A DNA stretch of 64,000 nt from a virus, in the IMG/VR virus record IMGVR_UViG_3300001199_000004. One strand, written 5' to 3'. Each line of letters starts with the position of its first letter. Within the stretch, counting starts at the first letter, position 1. The notes under the pieces are model-generated. The model saw only the letters and a list, made by a program, of their open reading frames with translations, was not told the DNA's origin and did not search any database. The position numbers were made by a program, and so were the translations under genes. This document shows positions 1 through 10,359 of the stretch, piece by piece.

Positions 1-2
1 TG

Positions 3-752
3 CAAACTTATGCCAAAAGCGTAGGAAAGCCCATTGTGTTGCGTCCCGAGGCAGAAACCAGACAAAAGGCCAACCTCTTTAGATTCTATGACAGTTTGGG
101 TTTTGTGAAAAATAAGGGCAAAAATGCTGATTACACATTATCTAGCCCAACAGCAAAAACCATGTATTGGAAACATGAATCTATTTCATTCAAAGATTTT
201 GTTCTAAATGAAGTTGGGGAATTTAATACAGATGACATTCAATTCACTTACAACAATGGCAGATATGAATATGATTTTAATATTGATGATTTACAATATA
301 AGTTTTATTTTATCAATAAAGCAATTAAAATCGAACAACAAATCATAGTTTCTTTTCAAGACTCTTATTCCATTGCCTTTGCTGTTATGAGACAGAAAGG
401 GGGTATTCAAGGAACGGATTATGGACTAACGAATAAGGGCACGCCATTTACAGTTTATGGCAAAATATTTTCTGCATTCAAGAAATTTGTAGATAATTTT
501 GAGCCCAATGGTTTAACCTTCACGGGCACAACTGCAGCAATGGACGTAATTTATAATAAATTTTATGAACGTTATTTGAGTCCAACATTCATGAGATTAG
601 ATGATGTGCAGTATATTAAAAAAGCATATTATCAAAAATTGAATCCACAATTGAAACAACTTGTGGACGATCATGCTGGCCGATTGGTGCCAACAGTTAA
701 TGCATTTTTGGCCCAAACTAAAAAAGACAAAAGATTTGAAAGAGGAATTTAA
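3..752 (+). CDS. 5'-truncated multidomain phage protein; N-terminal part resembles a GNAT-type C-terminus
   Basis: Frame is open from position 3, so the gene starts before the window. LFRFYDSLGFVKNKGKN resembles GNAT C-terminal motifs. Confidence 0.4.
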   Translation, partial: QTYAKSVGKPIVLRPEAETRQKANLFRFYDSLGFVKNKGKNADYTLSSPTAKTMYWKHESISFKDFVLNEVGEFNTDDIQFTYNNGRYEYDFNIDDLQYKFYFINKAIKIEQQIIVSFQDSYSIAFAVMRQKGGIQGTDYGLTNKGTPFTVYGKIFSAFKKFVDNFEPNGLTFTGTTAAMDVIYNKFYERYLSPTFMRLDDVQYIKKAYYQKLNPQLKQLVDDHAGRLVPTVNAFLAQTKKDKRFERGI

Positions 753-1448
753 TCTCTTTTTCCATTCATATCTAAAATTCCCAATCGTTTATCTTCTTCC
801 CACACTGCTCTTGTGGCGTCATGGTCGCATAATTAGTAGAACGCATGGCCGCTTTTAATTTCATCGCTTCTTGAGGGCGATAAGCTTGATGTGTGGAGCC
901 TGGACCTTCTAACTTTCCAAATGCCAACCAATCTTTAAGTGTTTTGAACATATGTTACTTCTTGTGTAAAAAGTTTATCTAGATACTCTTTTGCCTTTTC
1001 GTATCCCCAAGCATGAATCATATGGACAGATTTTGTTGATTGTTCATCTGGAAATAATTCTTCGGCACATTTTTTAATAAGAGTGCTACTCCAATCAATT
1101 ACAATCACTCTTTTTCTCCAACCAATGTCAATTCTACCGATTTTGGTTGTTATTGTGAACCAAGGAAACATTGGGTCATGTATGTAGGCATTTGGCCTTT
1201 CCTCTACAAAAATCGAATGTCCGTCAAAAAGACCAATTAATTTGGCCTTTTCTTCTTTAGCTTGTTCAATCAATTGAGGATCTAATCTTTTTGATTCATA
1301 AATCAACATGTCATGAATTTTTTCAACCTGATGGTCTATTTCTTTTTTTTCACCTGATGTCAAATCTCTATCCATAGAAACTAGGATCTTAACACCAAAA
1401 TTGCCTGTTCCACTACTTTCAAGAAAACTAGCTGTTTTGTATTCCATT

Positions 1449-2096
1449 TTAGTTGCCTTTTACTTTAGGAGCATTTAATATTTTGTTCTTATATTCTTCT
1501 TTATTGAATTCCATTAGATGTTCACCTACAAGGAAAGCATCTACATATGGGCTAATGTCTGATTCTGATTTAATATTACTTGCCTGACATAACCAACCAG
1601 AATAAAAATCCTTAACATCAAATATTGAAGATGTTTTAAGACTTCCATCAAACAAATTTCTACTATTCCAAACAAAATGATTGAAGCTAGAAGTCGGATA
1701 TTGGCTTGGATTTGCAGTTAAAATATCTAATAAATATTTTCTAAACTCATCTAAAGAATGTGGTTCTATCCAACATTTATTTGGCATATATGTTGGAATT
1801 CGCCCCACAACTAAAACCCAGTCTGCACCAGCATCAAGAGCGTTTTTAACTAAATCGTCATTCTCATGGATACCTTTGGCCAAAATTAGCTTATTAGTAC
1901 GTTTTCTAGCCTTTTCCAGCAAACTAAATGAGCCACCCCAAAGAGCATCTGTATGAATTGATATCATGTCACCCACTTGTAAGGCAACTTCAAACAATTC
2001 ATCCCAGGTGTGTTTGGACTTAAATCCAAATGGAGATTGAGTTTTAACCTCTGCTATAAATACTTTTCCACCAATCATAATTATTTTAATCCACAT
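1449..2096 (-). CDS. Indole-3-glycerol-phosphate synthase-like (TrpC-like) TIM-barrel protein
   Basis: IAEVKTQSP, ISIHTD..WGGS..LL, ILAKG and GADWVLVV match the IGPS pattern. Shorter than TrpC. Confidence 0.6.
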   Translation of the reverse strand: MWIKIIMIGGKVFIAEVKTQSPFGFKSKHTWDELFEVALQVGDMISIHTDALWGGSFSLLEKARKRTNKLILAKGIHENDDLVKNALDAGADWVLVVGRIPTYMPNKCWIEPHSLDEFRKYLLDILTANPSQYPTSSFNHFVWNSRNLFDGSLKTSSIFDVKDFYSGWLCQASNIKSESDISPYVDAFLVGEHLMEFNKEEYKNKILNAPKVKGN

Positions 2097-2133
2097 GCTT
2101 TGTTAAGCATGAACATCTCTCTGCTACCACCAA

Positions 2134-2658
2134 TCATAATTCAAGAATTTCTTTAATGTCAAACTCTGGCTTGGGGTTAGTTTCCTGCAGCTTATCTCTG
2201 GCCTTCATTAAGGCAAAACCAAGCCTGTTTTCACCAAGCCATTGATTGGGGTCTAAAGCTCTTGGATCATTTTCATCTAATTTTATGCCCCACACGCCGT
2301 CGAGGGGTGAAGCCTCTACTAATGTACGACTTCCACTAGCTAACAAAATTTTGAGGATGCCTTGATTTTGAGAAAACTTATGCAAACTGCCAGTGTACAC
2401 AATGGAATCTTTGTGTTCATCCCAAATAGTATCATTGAAGTTTTTAACAACTTTTCCTAGTGCTTTTTGCTTTTTAGGACTTTTTTCCATTAAAACTTTT
2501 TGAAGAGTTTCATCATCTCCAAAAAGTCTAGCCTTTTCAGCCATCATCCATCGTTCAGCACAATTGTATTCAATTCCATCTACAGTAAATGGAGCTTGAA
2601 GAAACCATTGACTAAACGGACCATCCCAAAACAATACCATTTCATTAGTGATTTTCAT
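2134..2658 (-). CDS. NADAR family protein
   Basis: FSQWF, YNCAERWMMAEKARLFGD, KALGKVVKNF, LVEASPLDGVWGI, WLGENRLGFALM. Confidence 0.93.
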   Translation of the reverse strand: MKITNEMVLFWDGPFSQWFLQAPFTVDGIEYNCAERWMMAEKARLFGDDETLQKVLMEKSPKKQKALGKVVKNFNDTIWDEHKDSIVYTGSLHKFSQNQGILKILLASGSRTLVEASPLDGVWGIKLDENDPRALDPNQWLGENRLGFALMKARDKLQETNPKPEFDIKEILEL

Positions 2659-2969
2659 GTTGTCTCTTTAAGAATAGCTAAGACCAAAACAAATAAATCC
2701 ATGTGATTAATTTGTTTTAAATCTTCTTATGGGAAAGGCTCAGAACATTTGGCAAAATTATGGAATGTTCTTAAAATTTCAATCACGTTGATCACCCCGA
2801 GGATCACACTGACATTCAGTACCGAAGAAGTCCATAGTACACAAATTGTCCAACATTTCATTTAATGCTGCACAAACAGTTATCATATCACGTTTGTCTC
2901 TATGGGCATATTCTCTTAAATTTGCCAAAACTACCTCCAAATTTTTTGGAGTACACTTCTTTTTTGCCA

Positions 2970-3533
2970 TTAAAGTAATCCTGTTGGATCTAATAAGCAG
3001 TCTGGTTGTGGTTCATTTAAGGGCCACTCCACAAAATCCCTTGTAAAAGGCTTATAAAGCTCAATATGAAGCATGGAGCAGCTATGACCTGTAATATCGC
3101 GTCTTTCTTTACCTTGCGGTAAAACGGCCATTACGAGGCCCAGAACGTCTCCTTCTTGAATCATCTGGCCTAATTCTACTTTAGGAAGAATTTCGCCATA
3201 ATTAATGACACCAGATTTACCATCAATCATCACAGCAAAAGTTTCGTTCCACCAAAAATGACCTAATTTAGGACCAGTAAAAACATCTACTTTTACTACC
3301 AATCCAGATTCAATCGCATAAACTGGTTCATTTTCATTGGTGTACAAATCTACACCAGTATGAATGTCATATTTTCTGACTGCACCAAAACTCCCCGGAC
3401 TACCTTTAGAAGGAATTTGGTAGGTTTTAAGTGGTTTCATTAAGCAATTGACAATCAAACAAAAGCTTTTTTCTCGCATCAAACCATCGGTTAATCTTAA
3501 TGTTGCAATCTTCGTGATTATCCGAGATGCCAC
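2970..3533 (-). CDS. M23 family metallopeptidase
   Basis: HTGVDLY (HxxxD), VYAIESGLV, LHIEL (HxE variant of HxH). Confidence 0.8.
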   Translation of the reverse strand: MASRIITKIATLRLTDGLMREKSFCLIVNCLMKPLKTYQIPSKGSPGSFGAVRKYDIHTGVDLYTNENEPVYAIESGLVVKVDVFTGPKLGHFWWNETFAVMIDGKSGVINYGEILPKVELGQMIQEGDVLGLVMAVLPQGKERRDITGHSCSMLHIELYKPFTRDFVEWPLNEPQPDCLLDPTGLL

Positions 3534-4633
3534 TGCTCAACCAACAACTATCACAACCTCTGTCATTATTTGCTTCAAAAAAGTTGAGCAAAAGAGACGG
3601 CAAAGCTTCCTGGTTTTGCAAACTCATTAACATCTCTTCTGCGATATTATAAACTTGCATACGAGCAACACAAAGTTCATCAATAATTGGATTATTCCCA
3701 TGACGATATTTAATCATTAATGGAGTATTATCCAATACCAACATTTGAGCCTTGACCCAAACTCTTAAAACATCGTCAATTTCTAATTGCATAATTGCAC
3801 TTCATCAATAAAATCGGACTTCACTAATCTTTTCTTGAGTTTAGCTTTAATTTGTTTAGTATGTTTTTCTAACAGTTTCTTGCCCGCTGCAGTTTTTTTA
3901 TAATCATCAAAATCAAAAATCAATGAGATAAATCTTTTTTCAATTACTTTATCTTTGATTTCTTTGTTTCCTGATTCACAAAACTCCACAAAAGCATTAT
4001 CCGAAGCATATAAACTAACCCTTTTGTCAAAAGAAGGGATATAAGGTTTAATCACTTCATAAGCTGGCATGGCAAAGAAGTCTGAAATAGGATGATATTG
4101 CAATGACTTATTGCCTGGAATACCATCTGCTCCTAATGCAGCATCCCATTCCTGGTCCCGCTTTTTCCATGCTGCAGCCGATATTTCTTCTGGTCGATCT
4201 GAATTATTGAAGTAATAGTACGATTTAACACACTTAAATGACTCCCAAGCTTTCGTCATTTCTTTTTGTTCAGTGTATAATAAAGCCAAAATCTTTGTTT
4301 TGGTTGGTATTAAACAAATGTTAAACCCGAAATCAATTTCTGGATCTCTCAGTTTTGTTTCAGCTACCTTTTTAATTCGATTGTTAATATCCTCATAAGC
4401 TTCCCATTTGGGGTTAAACTTTGTGGCATCTTTGAATCTTAGGACTTCTTTAAGAGCTTTTTGATTGCCCAAAGCATTAAGATCAATCAATCCAGTAGCA
4501 TGTTTAGCAAGTGCTTTTGACCACAAGTTGGCATGAATAGGTATGATTTTGCTTTTGACCTTATCTAAAAAAGTCATTAATTCTAAAATCCCCATCAGGG
4601 GCAAACTATAACCATTGTAGATTTTGGTTGACA

Positions 4634-6112
4634 TTAAATTAAAGCAGCAACAGATACTTCTCCATTAGGATATAAAGAACTATATTTCTTTTTCAACGGC
4701 AACAAACCAACTCTTCCACCATAAATTTTTTGTATATCAGAAACAAGATTTCTTGACACAATTTCTTGGCAAATAGTTTGAAGGAAATTATTGATCCCCT
4801 TAAAATAACTTTTTAATGTCCCGCCCTTTAATGTCCCACTCTGAGTCTTTTTGATAATCTTAAAATAAGAATCAAAAGCTGCAAACAATGCCTTATCGCT
4901 CATTTTTCTCAAAACAACATTGAGTAACTTACCCTTTGGAGAAAGAACTTCATCGAAAAACTTTTGTCTGTAATTTGTGTTGGCAATTTCTGCTTGTAAA
5001 CTAATAGACTCCCAAGTTGAATATTGACTAATCTTTTGACTTGAACCCACTGGTGGTTTTTCTGCCCATTCCTCTATTATTGTTTGTTCGACTTTATTCT
5101 CAATAACAATTTTGAGATTTTTATTTCCATTGGCAAAATAAAGTTCTTTCAAAACTTCTTTGAATTTTGGAACATCTTTAATTCGTTTAGCCATATACCC
5201 AACACAACGATTCATGCTAGATACACTACCATCCGTTAGCAATGTAGCCAACTTCTCTTTAGGAGCATGAGGCATTAAAACCTCAAATCGATCTTCATGT
5301 TTTAAAATCCAAGAAATCGAATTAGAATAGTTGTTTTCAACTTGTAAATATTCTGCAATTTCATCAGGGATATTGTTTTTCATTAACAATTTGAGTTTGC
5401 TAGAATAAGAACCCTGTTGTAACTCTTGCATAAGCTTGCTAGGGTTGCAATCTCTAGGCAAAGCATCCCGAATGTCTCCACCGTCCATAAAAACAGTGAG
5501 GGCATAATCTAATCGTCGTGGAGACAACTTGAGTTTGACCTTATCAGAAAGGCTTTGCCACCACTCAATAGCAACATCGGCTTTTTCAGAACCATAACGG
5601 CCCTTAAAGTAGTCCTTATCAGGTGCATAAGGAATTTCATACTCAATTTGAAATCTATCTCGTTGAGCAGGGTCCAAGTCTTCCACTTGATAAGACATGT
5701 CAGAATCTTCATCCTCTTCAGGATTGATTGCTGCCCATACCATCTTCAAATTATTGAATTTTTTTCCATTAATAGACTTGAATTGCATCAATTCCATAAC
5801 GGCATTACGGACTTTCTTTGGTGAACGATTAAATTCATCAAAGAAAAGAGCTTCAACTTCATCATGTTGAAATTCCTTGGGTCGAATAATATCCAAATAA
5901 GCACCCCTTTCATCCTGTTGTTCCTTAGGAACTCCGATGAAATCTACCCAAGGGTCCATAGTGGAAGCAGAAAAATACTTCCAACGAATGCCTGCTTTAT
6001 CAAAGGCGTTTTTGATGATGCTGGTTTTGCCAACACCATGCCTGCCAATGAACAAAACGTTATAATGCTTGGAAATCCAGAAATCTAGCTTTTCTTGTCT
6101 GATAATGCTCAT
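4634..6112 (-). CDS. AAA+ ATPase (MoxR/AAA_5-like) with long C-terminal extension
   Basis: Walker A GRHGVGKT, Walker B LFFDEFNR, sensor AAINP, arginine finger AQRDRF. Confidence 0.88.
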   Translation of the reverse strand: MSIIRQEKLDFWISKHYNVLFIGRHGVGKTSIIKNAFDKAGIRWKYFSASTMDPWVDFIGVPKEQQDERGAYLDIIRPKEFQHDEVEALFFDEFNRSPKKVRNAVMELMQFKSINGKKFNNLKMVWAAINPEEDEDSDMSYQVEDLDPAQRDRFQIEYEIPYAPDKDYFKGRYGSEKADVAIEWWQSLSDKVKLKLSPRRLDYALTVFMDGGDIRDALPRDCNPSKLMQELQQGSYSSKLKLLMKNNIPDEIAEYLQVENNYSNSISWILKHEDRFEVLMPHAPKEKLATLLTDGSVSSMNRCVGYMAKRIKDVPKFKEVLKELYFANGNKNLKIVIENKVEQTIIEEWAEKPPVGSSQKISQYSTWESISLQAEIANTNYRQKFFDEVLSPKGKLLNVVLRKMSDKALFAAFDSYFKIIKKTQSGTLKGGTLKSYFKGINNFLQTICQEIVSRNLVSDIQKIYGGRVGLLPLKKKYSSLYPNGEVSVAALI

Positions 6113-6128
6113 AAGTTCATTATACCAG

Positions 6129-6599
6129 TCAAATCGGCAAAGGTAGCAGTGGATTTTTTAAAAAATCAATTGCCTTATCGACCTGTTTTTTGGTTAGGCC
6201 AACATTACTATTTGTCTTCACTAAATATTGACCCACAGGAGCTATTCCTTGGGGTCTATCATCTAGATCATCCAGAATGACAAACGATTCTATAGTTTCT
6301 CGGCAGTTTTTCAACCACCTTAGAATCATTTGTCCTCGACTTAGATTGGATTTAGGACTGTCAGCCTCAATAACATCTATTAAAGGCATATTTTTTAGTC
6401 CATGCGTCAAAAACAGGTAGTTTAACCCATCAATTGTCATATCCCCCTTATGGACCATATATCGCCATGAGGAAGTTAATACAATTTTAGCCCCAGTTTC
6501 CATTAGAATGGAATTAAGTAGGACTATTTTATTCTTATGAATAGTCAAATCATCATGGTCGTTCAAAACCCCATGGATATCTAAAAAGATAATTCTCAT
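6129..6599 (-). CDS. HAD-family phosphatase, Swiss-Army-Knife RNA-repair-like
   Basis: IIFLDIHGVLN (DxDGV variant with second Asp as His), IVLTSSWR, RGQMI..WL, FVILDD. Confidence 0.82.
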   Translation of the reverse strand: MRIIFLDIHGVLNDHDDLTIHKNKIVLLNSILMETGAKIVLTSSWRYMVHKGDMTIDGLNYLFLTHGLKNMPLIDVIEADSPKSNLSRGQMILRWLKNCRETIESFVILDDLDDRPQGIAPVGQYLVKTNSNVGLTKKQVDKAIDFLKNPLLPLPI

Positions 6600-7250
6600 G
6601 ATTTTCTTTGGACTTCAATTTCGTTGCAACCCTTATTAATCTTAATTTTAGTTTTATTGTCAAAAAAACCCTGGAGATAAGTTTCAAAATCCTTCCAAAA
6701 TTGATACGTATCTAATTCAATATTCAAATAAGGCTGTTCATCGTCAAAAACAGGAGCAAATTCTGGTTCGGCTATAAAACAACAGTAGCCAGCATCAAAC
6801 TTGGCCTTTTCCTCAACGGTTTGTTCATCAGGTTCAGGAAGATCACTTCCTTCAACCTCAGACCACATATGAACACCATTGAAACCTTGTTTGTTTAAGA
6901 TTTCTACAATTTGTTTACATTTTTCTCTTACGTGCATACTTAGGCTCCTTTAGTTGCTGTTCTTCGGCTTCTAGTTCTTTAATCTTCAAGCGAATGTCTG
7001 TCAACTTCTTTTTACGATGTTGCTCTTCTTCTTGTTGTTCTTGAGCTTCTTCTTCCAAATGTTTTTGATACCACTTGTGAATTTCTTTAAAGGTTTCTAG
7101 AGCATCTAGAGCAGATAAAGCCGCACAAGTAACCAAAAGATATTTCTTTAGTTCTTTTGCTTCTCTAATTTGAGAATCTCGTTTTACTTCATATTCATAA
7201 GCGGCATCTTTATCGCTGTACATATTACACCTAAATACTCATTGTACCAC

Positions 7251-7290
7251 AAAAGAAAATGGGAGTCTAGAATTTTCTAGACTCCCATTT
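7251..7290 (-). terminator. Intrinsic terminator downstream of Ro60 and the Y-like RNA
   Basis: Perfect inverted repeat AAATGGGAGTCTAGAA / TTCTAGACTCCCATTT, followed on the minus strand by TTTTCTTTT. Confidence 0.88.
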
Positions 7291-7299
7291 GTATAACAT

Positions 7300-7373
7300 A
7301 GACTCAAAGAAATAATCGCTAAGGGTGTTTTCTTTTTGATATGAAGTATCCCTTAACTGCAGCTTTTAAGTCT
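7300..7373 (-). ncRNA. Y-RNA-like structured RNA, copy 2 (downstream of Ro60)
   Basis: GCAGTTAAGGGATACTTCA...AAAACACCCTTAGCGATTATTTCT is a diverged copy of the element at 9314-9384. Inner stem TAAGGG/CCCTTA; outer stem AGACTTAAA/TTTGAGTCT. Confidence 0.62.
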
Positions 7374-9294
7374 GTGTATTTGGATTCGGATTTCCATCCG
7401 AAATTTTATCATCACTCTTGGCATATCGCTTACGCAAAATGGCAATGGTTGGAACTTCTGCAGGTGTTGCCGAAGCTTGTGATTCACTGTTAGCATCTTC
7501 AAAATCTTTGACAAGGCCAAAGATTTGTTCAGACCAACCACTTAACGTTTGAGTTTGCTTTTGTTTTGGCTTAACTTGTGCCTTACCATAACCTTGCAAA
7601 TCAACCGAGTGAACCCAAAGCTTGGAATTAACCTTTCTACGATATGTTTCCAACATACTTTCGATGGTAGCCTTGTCGCCACCCTTTCCAAAGTGTGCAT
7701 TCATATCATGTCCACAGTTATTTGCTCCACCAATGGTATAGCAACAGAAGTCAGAACAGATAATAATACGGTCAACCACAACTTTTCTTTCGGTCAAGTC
7801 GTGAATGCCACACCACAAACCAGTTTCCGTACCTCCACCAACACCACTACCCTTTTTGTAATGTGCAGTAATAGCCAATGCGTTGTGCTTAGATCGTTCG
7901 TCCTCTTTAGCAACCTTATCAATTTGCTTCTTAATAGCCATACAGCTATCCGATGCACTGAAAGGAACCCAAATTAACGAATCTCCAAACACACCAATCA
8001 TAGCCTTACGGCCCATTCTCTTAGCAATCACTGCTGCAAGGGTATTTCCGGTATCCGAAACACGCATGTTGGACTTACCGCTGATTGCAGCCCCTTGAGC
8101 AGAACCAGAGTTATCAACGAAGATAACAGTCGTTCCACTCAATTCTGGCACATTCATACAAGCATTGTCCAACATTTTGTCGTTAATGCTTTGTGAATTA
8201 GTGCTAGAAACTTCCTTGCTAGCAGTGAAGAAACGGAAAGGAAGTTGCTTTGTGTCTTTGATAGAAGTACACTTTTCGTATACCTTATCCCACGCAGCAT
8301 CACTAATTTTCGCTTCTTCAAAATTTCTCAAGTTTCTTGTAAGAGCCATTTCATTCATTTGTGGAATGATAAGCTCCCAAGAATCTTTAGTTCCGCCAAA
8401 TTGGGAAATAACGTTTTCCCAAGTTAGACCAGCCTTTTCAAGCATTTCATCATTGACTTCTTTAAGATTCTTCAAAGAGAAAAATTTCTTTCTCAATTTG
8501 AGCATATCTGGAGAATCATCATTGACAGTACCATTTACGAAATATTCGTAAACAGACTTGCTCAAAGGCCAACCTTTATCGGCATTGTTCTTAGTGTATT
8601 TCTTGACGCTATTCTTAGTGAAAGCACCACGAATCATCAACAAAACATCTTTGAAGTTTGGTCGTGCAGCACTATCGTACTTCAACAACCCATACAAAGA
8701 TTGGTTTGCAAATGCAATCGAAAGAAACTTTCTCAAGCTAGCTGGCAACGTACCCTTATTCATACCATCCTTCTTTTCACAGAAAAGATGACGGAAAGCA
8801 GCGAAAACACTAATGATTTCATCTGCTCTTTGAACAATGGAAGTTGCGTATTTTGGCAAATACTTCTTCGTCGAATCATTAGCTGCGGCGATGCAGGCCA
8901 TGATTTGCGGAGTATAACGTAATTTTAGACCAGTCTTGGTATCACGAGCCCAAGAAGCAATGACGAGCAAATCTTCTGGGTTAGAAGACTTTGTAACAGC
9001 TTGTGCCGTCTCAATTACTTCTCTAGCTTGTGCCGAAAGACCAATTTCATCCGTAATTACAGAAGAAATCTTGCCAGTCGTAGCCAATTCCTTGAAAAAT
9101 GCACCATAGCTACGATTTTCATCGTAATACTTTGGCTCATTAAAGAATCCACCACCAATCATAGCAATAAGCTTATCGACAGCATTATCAAATTCAAATG
9201 CACGACCTGGAACATGTGGATGTTCAACAGTTTCTGCATGAATCTTTTCGTGAATCTTACCCTTTGGCTTCGTAACCCCTAATTTTTTAGACAT
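7366..9294 (-). CDS. Ro60/TROVE-vWA ribonucleoprotein (Rsr-like)
   Basis: LTWENVISQ, MALTRNLRN, KQLPFRFFTA, vWA MIDAS FVDNSGS. Start placed at 9294 (MSKKLG) behind SD AAGGAGG rather than at 9399. Confidence 0.92.
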   Translation of the reverse strand: MSKKLGVTKPKGKIHEKIHAETVEHPHVPGRAFEFDNAVDKLIAMIGGGFFNEPKYYDENRSYGAFFKELATTGKISSVITDEIGLSAQAREVIETAQAVTKSSNPEDLLVIASWARDTKTGLKLRYTPQIMACIAAANDSTKKYLPKYATSIVQRADEIISVFAAFRHLFCEKKDGMNKGTLPASLRKFLSIAFANQSLYGLLKYDSAARPNFKDVLLMIRGAFTKNSVKKYTKNNADKGWPLSKSVYEYFVNGTVNDDSPDMLKLRKKFFSLKNLKEVNDEMLEKAGLTWENVISQFGGTKDSWELIIPQMNEMALTRNLRNFEEAKISDAAWDKVYEKCTSIKDTKQLPFRFFTASKEVSSTNSQSINDKMLDNACMNVPELSGTTVIFVDNSGSAQGAAISGKSNMRVSDTGNTLAAVIAKRMGRKAMIGVFGDSLIWVPFSASDSCMAIKKQIDKVAKEDERSKHNALAITAHYKKGSGVGGGTETGLWCGIHDLTERKVVVDRIIICSDFCCYTIGGANNCGHDMNAHFGKGGDKATIESMLETYRRKVNSKLWVHSVDLQGYGKAQVKPKQKQTQTLSGWSEQIFGLVKDFEDANSESQASATPAEVPTIAILRKRYAKSDDKISDGNPNPNTQT

Positions 9295-9313
9295 TTTTAT
9301 GCCCTCCTTAAAT

Positions 9314-9384
9314 GATATCACCGAGAAATAAACGATAAGAGAGTTTTTTTCATTAACAGTGAAGTATCTCTTACCTGCAACATC
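9314..9384 (-). ncRNA. Y-RNA-like structured RNA, copy 1 (5' leader of Ro60)
   Basis: Outer stem GATGTT/GATATC, inner stem TAAGAG/CTCTTA, apical hairpin TTCA-CTGTTAA-TGAA. Lies between the promoter and the SD. Confidence 0.65.
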
Positions 9385-9397
9385 AGTGACAAGATTC

Positions 9398-9425
9398 ATT
9401 ATAGTCAGGTTCGCATCTATTTCAA
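9398..9425 (-). promoter_or_regulatory. Sigma70-type promoter for the Y-like RNA/Ro60 unit
   Basis: TTGAAA-N16-TATAAT on the minus strand. Confidence 0.55.
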
Positions 9426-9612
9426 CTTAAATTTTGAAAAATTCTATAAATTTATTTTTGCCTTTTTGTCAACAAGGCAAACACAGACATAATTGCTGCA
9501 ATAGGCCAAAGGGCATGTTCAATAAAAAAAGAAATAGCTGCATGACTTCCATATTTCAAAAATCCAAAAAAACAAACAAGAAAAGCAATTAGAAAACAAA
9601 CATATACTTTGT

Positions 9613-10359
9613 TCATATTTTTACCTTTTTATTTTGTTTAACTACAATTTTCTTAGGACGGCGATAAGCAATTACTTGTGTTCTGCCATATCCTGGTTTT
9701 GTTTTAGATTTAGTTTCATAAGAAACATCAAATCTAACAAATCCCATCCATTTTAAAACCTTGATAATTGCATCTGGTCCCGAAGGAATAAATGACAGTC
9801 CGTATACACCAGACAATAAATCTAACTCCGAAGATGATTCTTCTTGAACAGCAAAACAATCCTTGGGAACATCTATTTTAGTTCTAGTGTTAACAATCAA
9901 CACATCTTTAGTTAAATCTGCTGCAATTTGCAACCCTTGAATAGGATATGGTAAATGATAAAACAAGCCTTTAAAAAACGTTAAATCAAATTTTGGAAGA
10001 CCCAATCTTTTTACATCATATAGATCTATTTTTTTGAATCGAATGGAATCTATAGGCCCTGTAGTTATGTTTTGCAAAAGCCATTCTGCTTGTTTTATCC
10101 AATGCTCTCGAACATCAAAACCATAGCATTGAGAAAACCCTACACTTCTAGCCCAAAAACAATAAGCTCCACAATTACAAGCACAATCTAAAAACATCTT
10201 GTTTTGAAAATCTTGTTCTGGGTATATTTCACAAAGTAATTCCTTAAATGCAACCTCAGAATCAATTAAATTTATAGTTTCAAAAGCATCTGTTGCTATT
10301 TCAGGCGTAATTTGAACCTTGATGTGCCAAGGAGCTAAAGAGGAACCATTAACTTCCAT
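9613..10359 (-). CDS. Class I SAM-dependent methyltransferase (CmoB/DUF1698-like)
   Basis: FLDCACNCGAY, GFDVRE, FDLTFFKGLFYHLPYP. Confidence 0.75.
   Translation of the reverse strand: MEVNGSSLAPWHIKVQITPEIATDAFETINLIDSEVAFKELLCEIYPEQDFQNKMFLDCACNCGAYCFWARSVGFSQCYGFDVREHWIKQAEWLLQNITTGPIDSIRFKKIDLYDVKRLGLPKFDLTFFKGLFYHLPYPIQGLQIAADLTKDVLIVNTRTKIDVPKDCFAVQEESSSELDLLSGVYGLSFIPSGPDAIIKVLKWMGFVRFDVSYETKSKTKPGYGRTQVIAYRRPKKIVVKQNKKVKI

Noticed and set aside
9349-9363. tRNA-Asn gene (CTGTTAA loop)
   Set aside because: No T arm, D arm or acceptor stem; it is only a hairpin within the Y-like element.
9295-9399. N-terminal extension of Ro60 in the ORF track
   Set aside because: A strong SD precedes ATG 9294, and the extension coincides with the promoter and the structured RNA.
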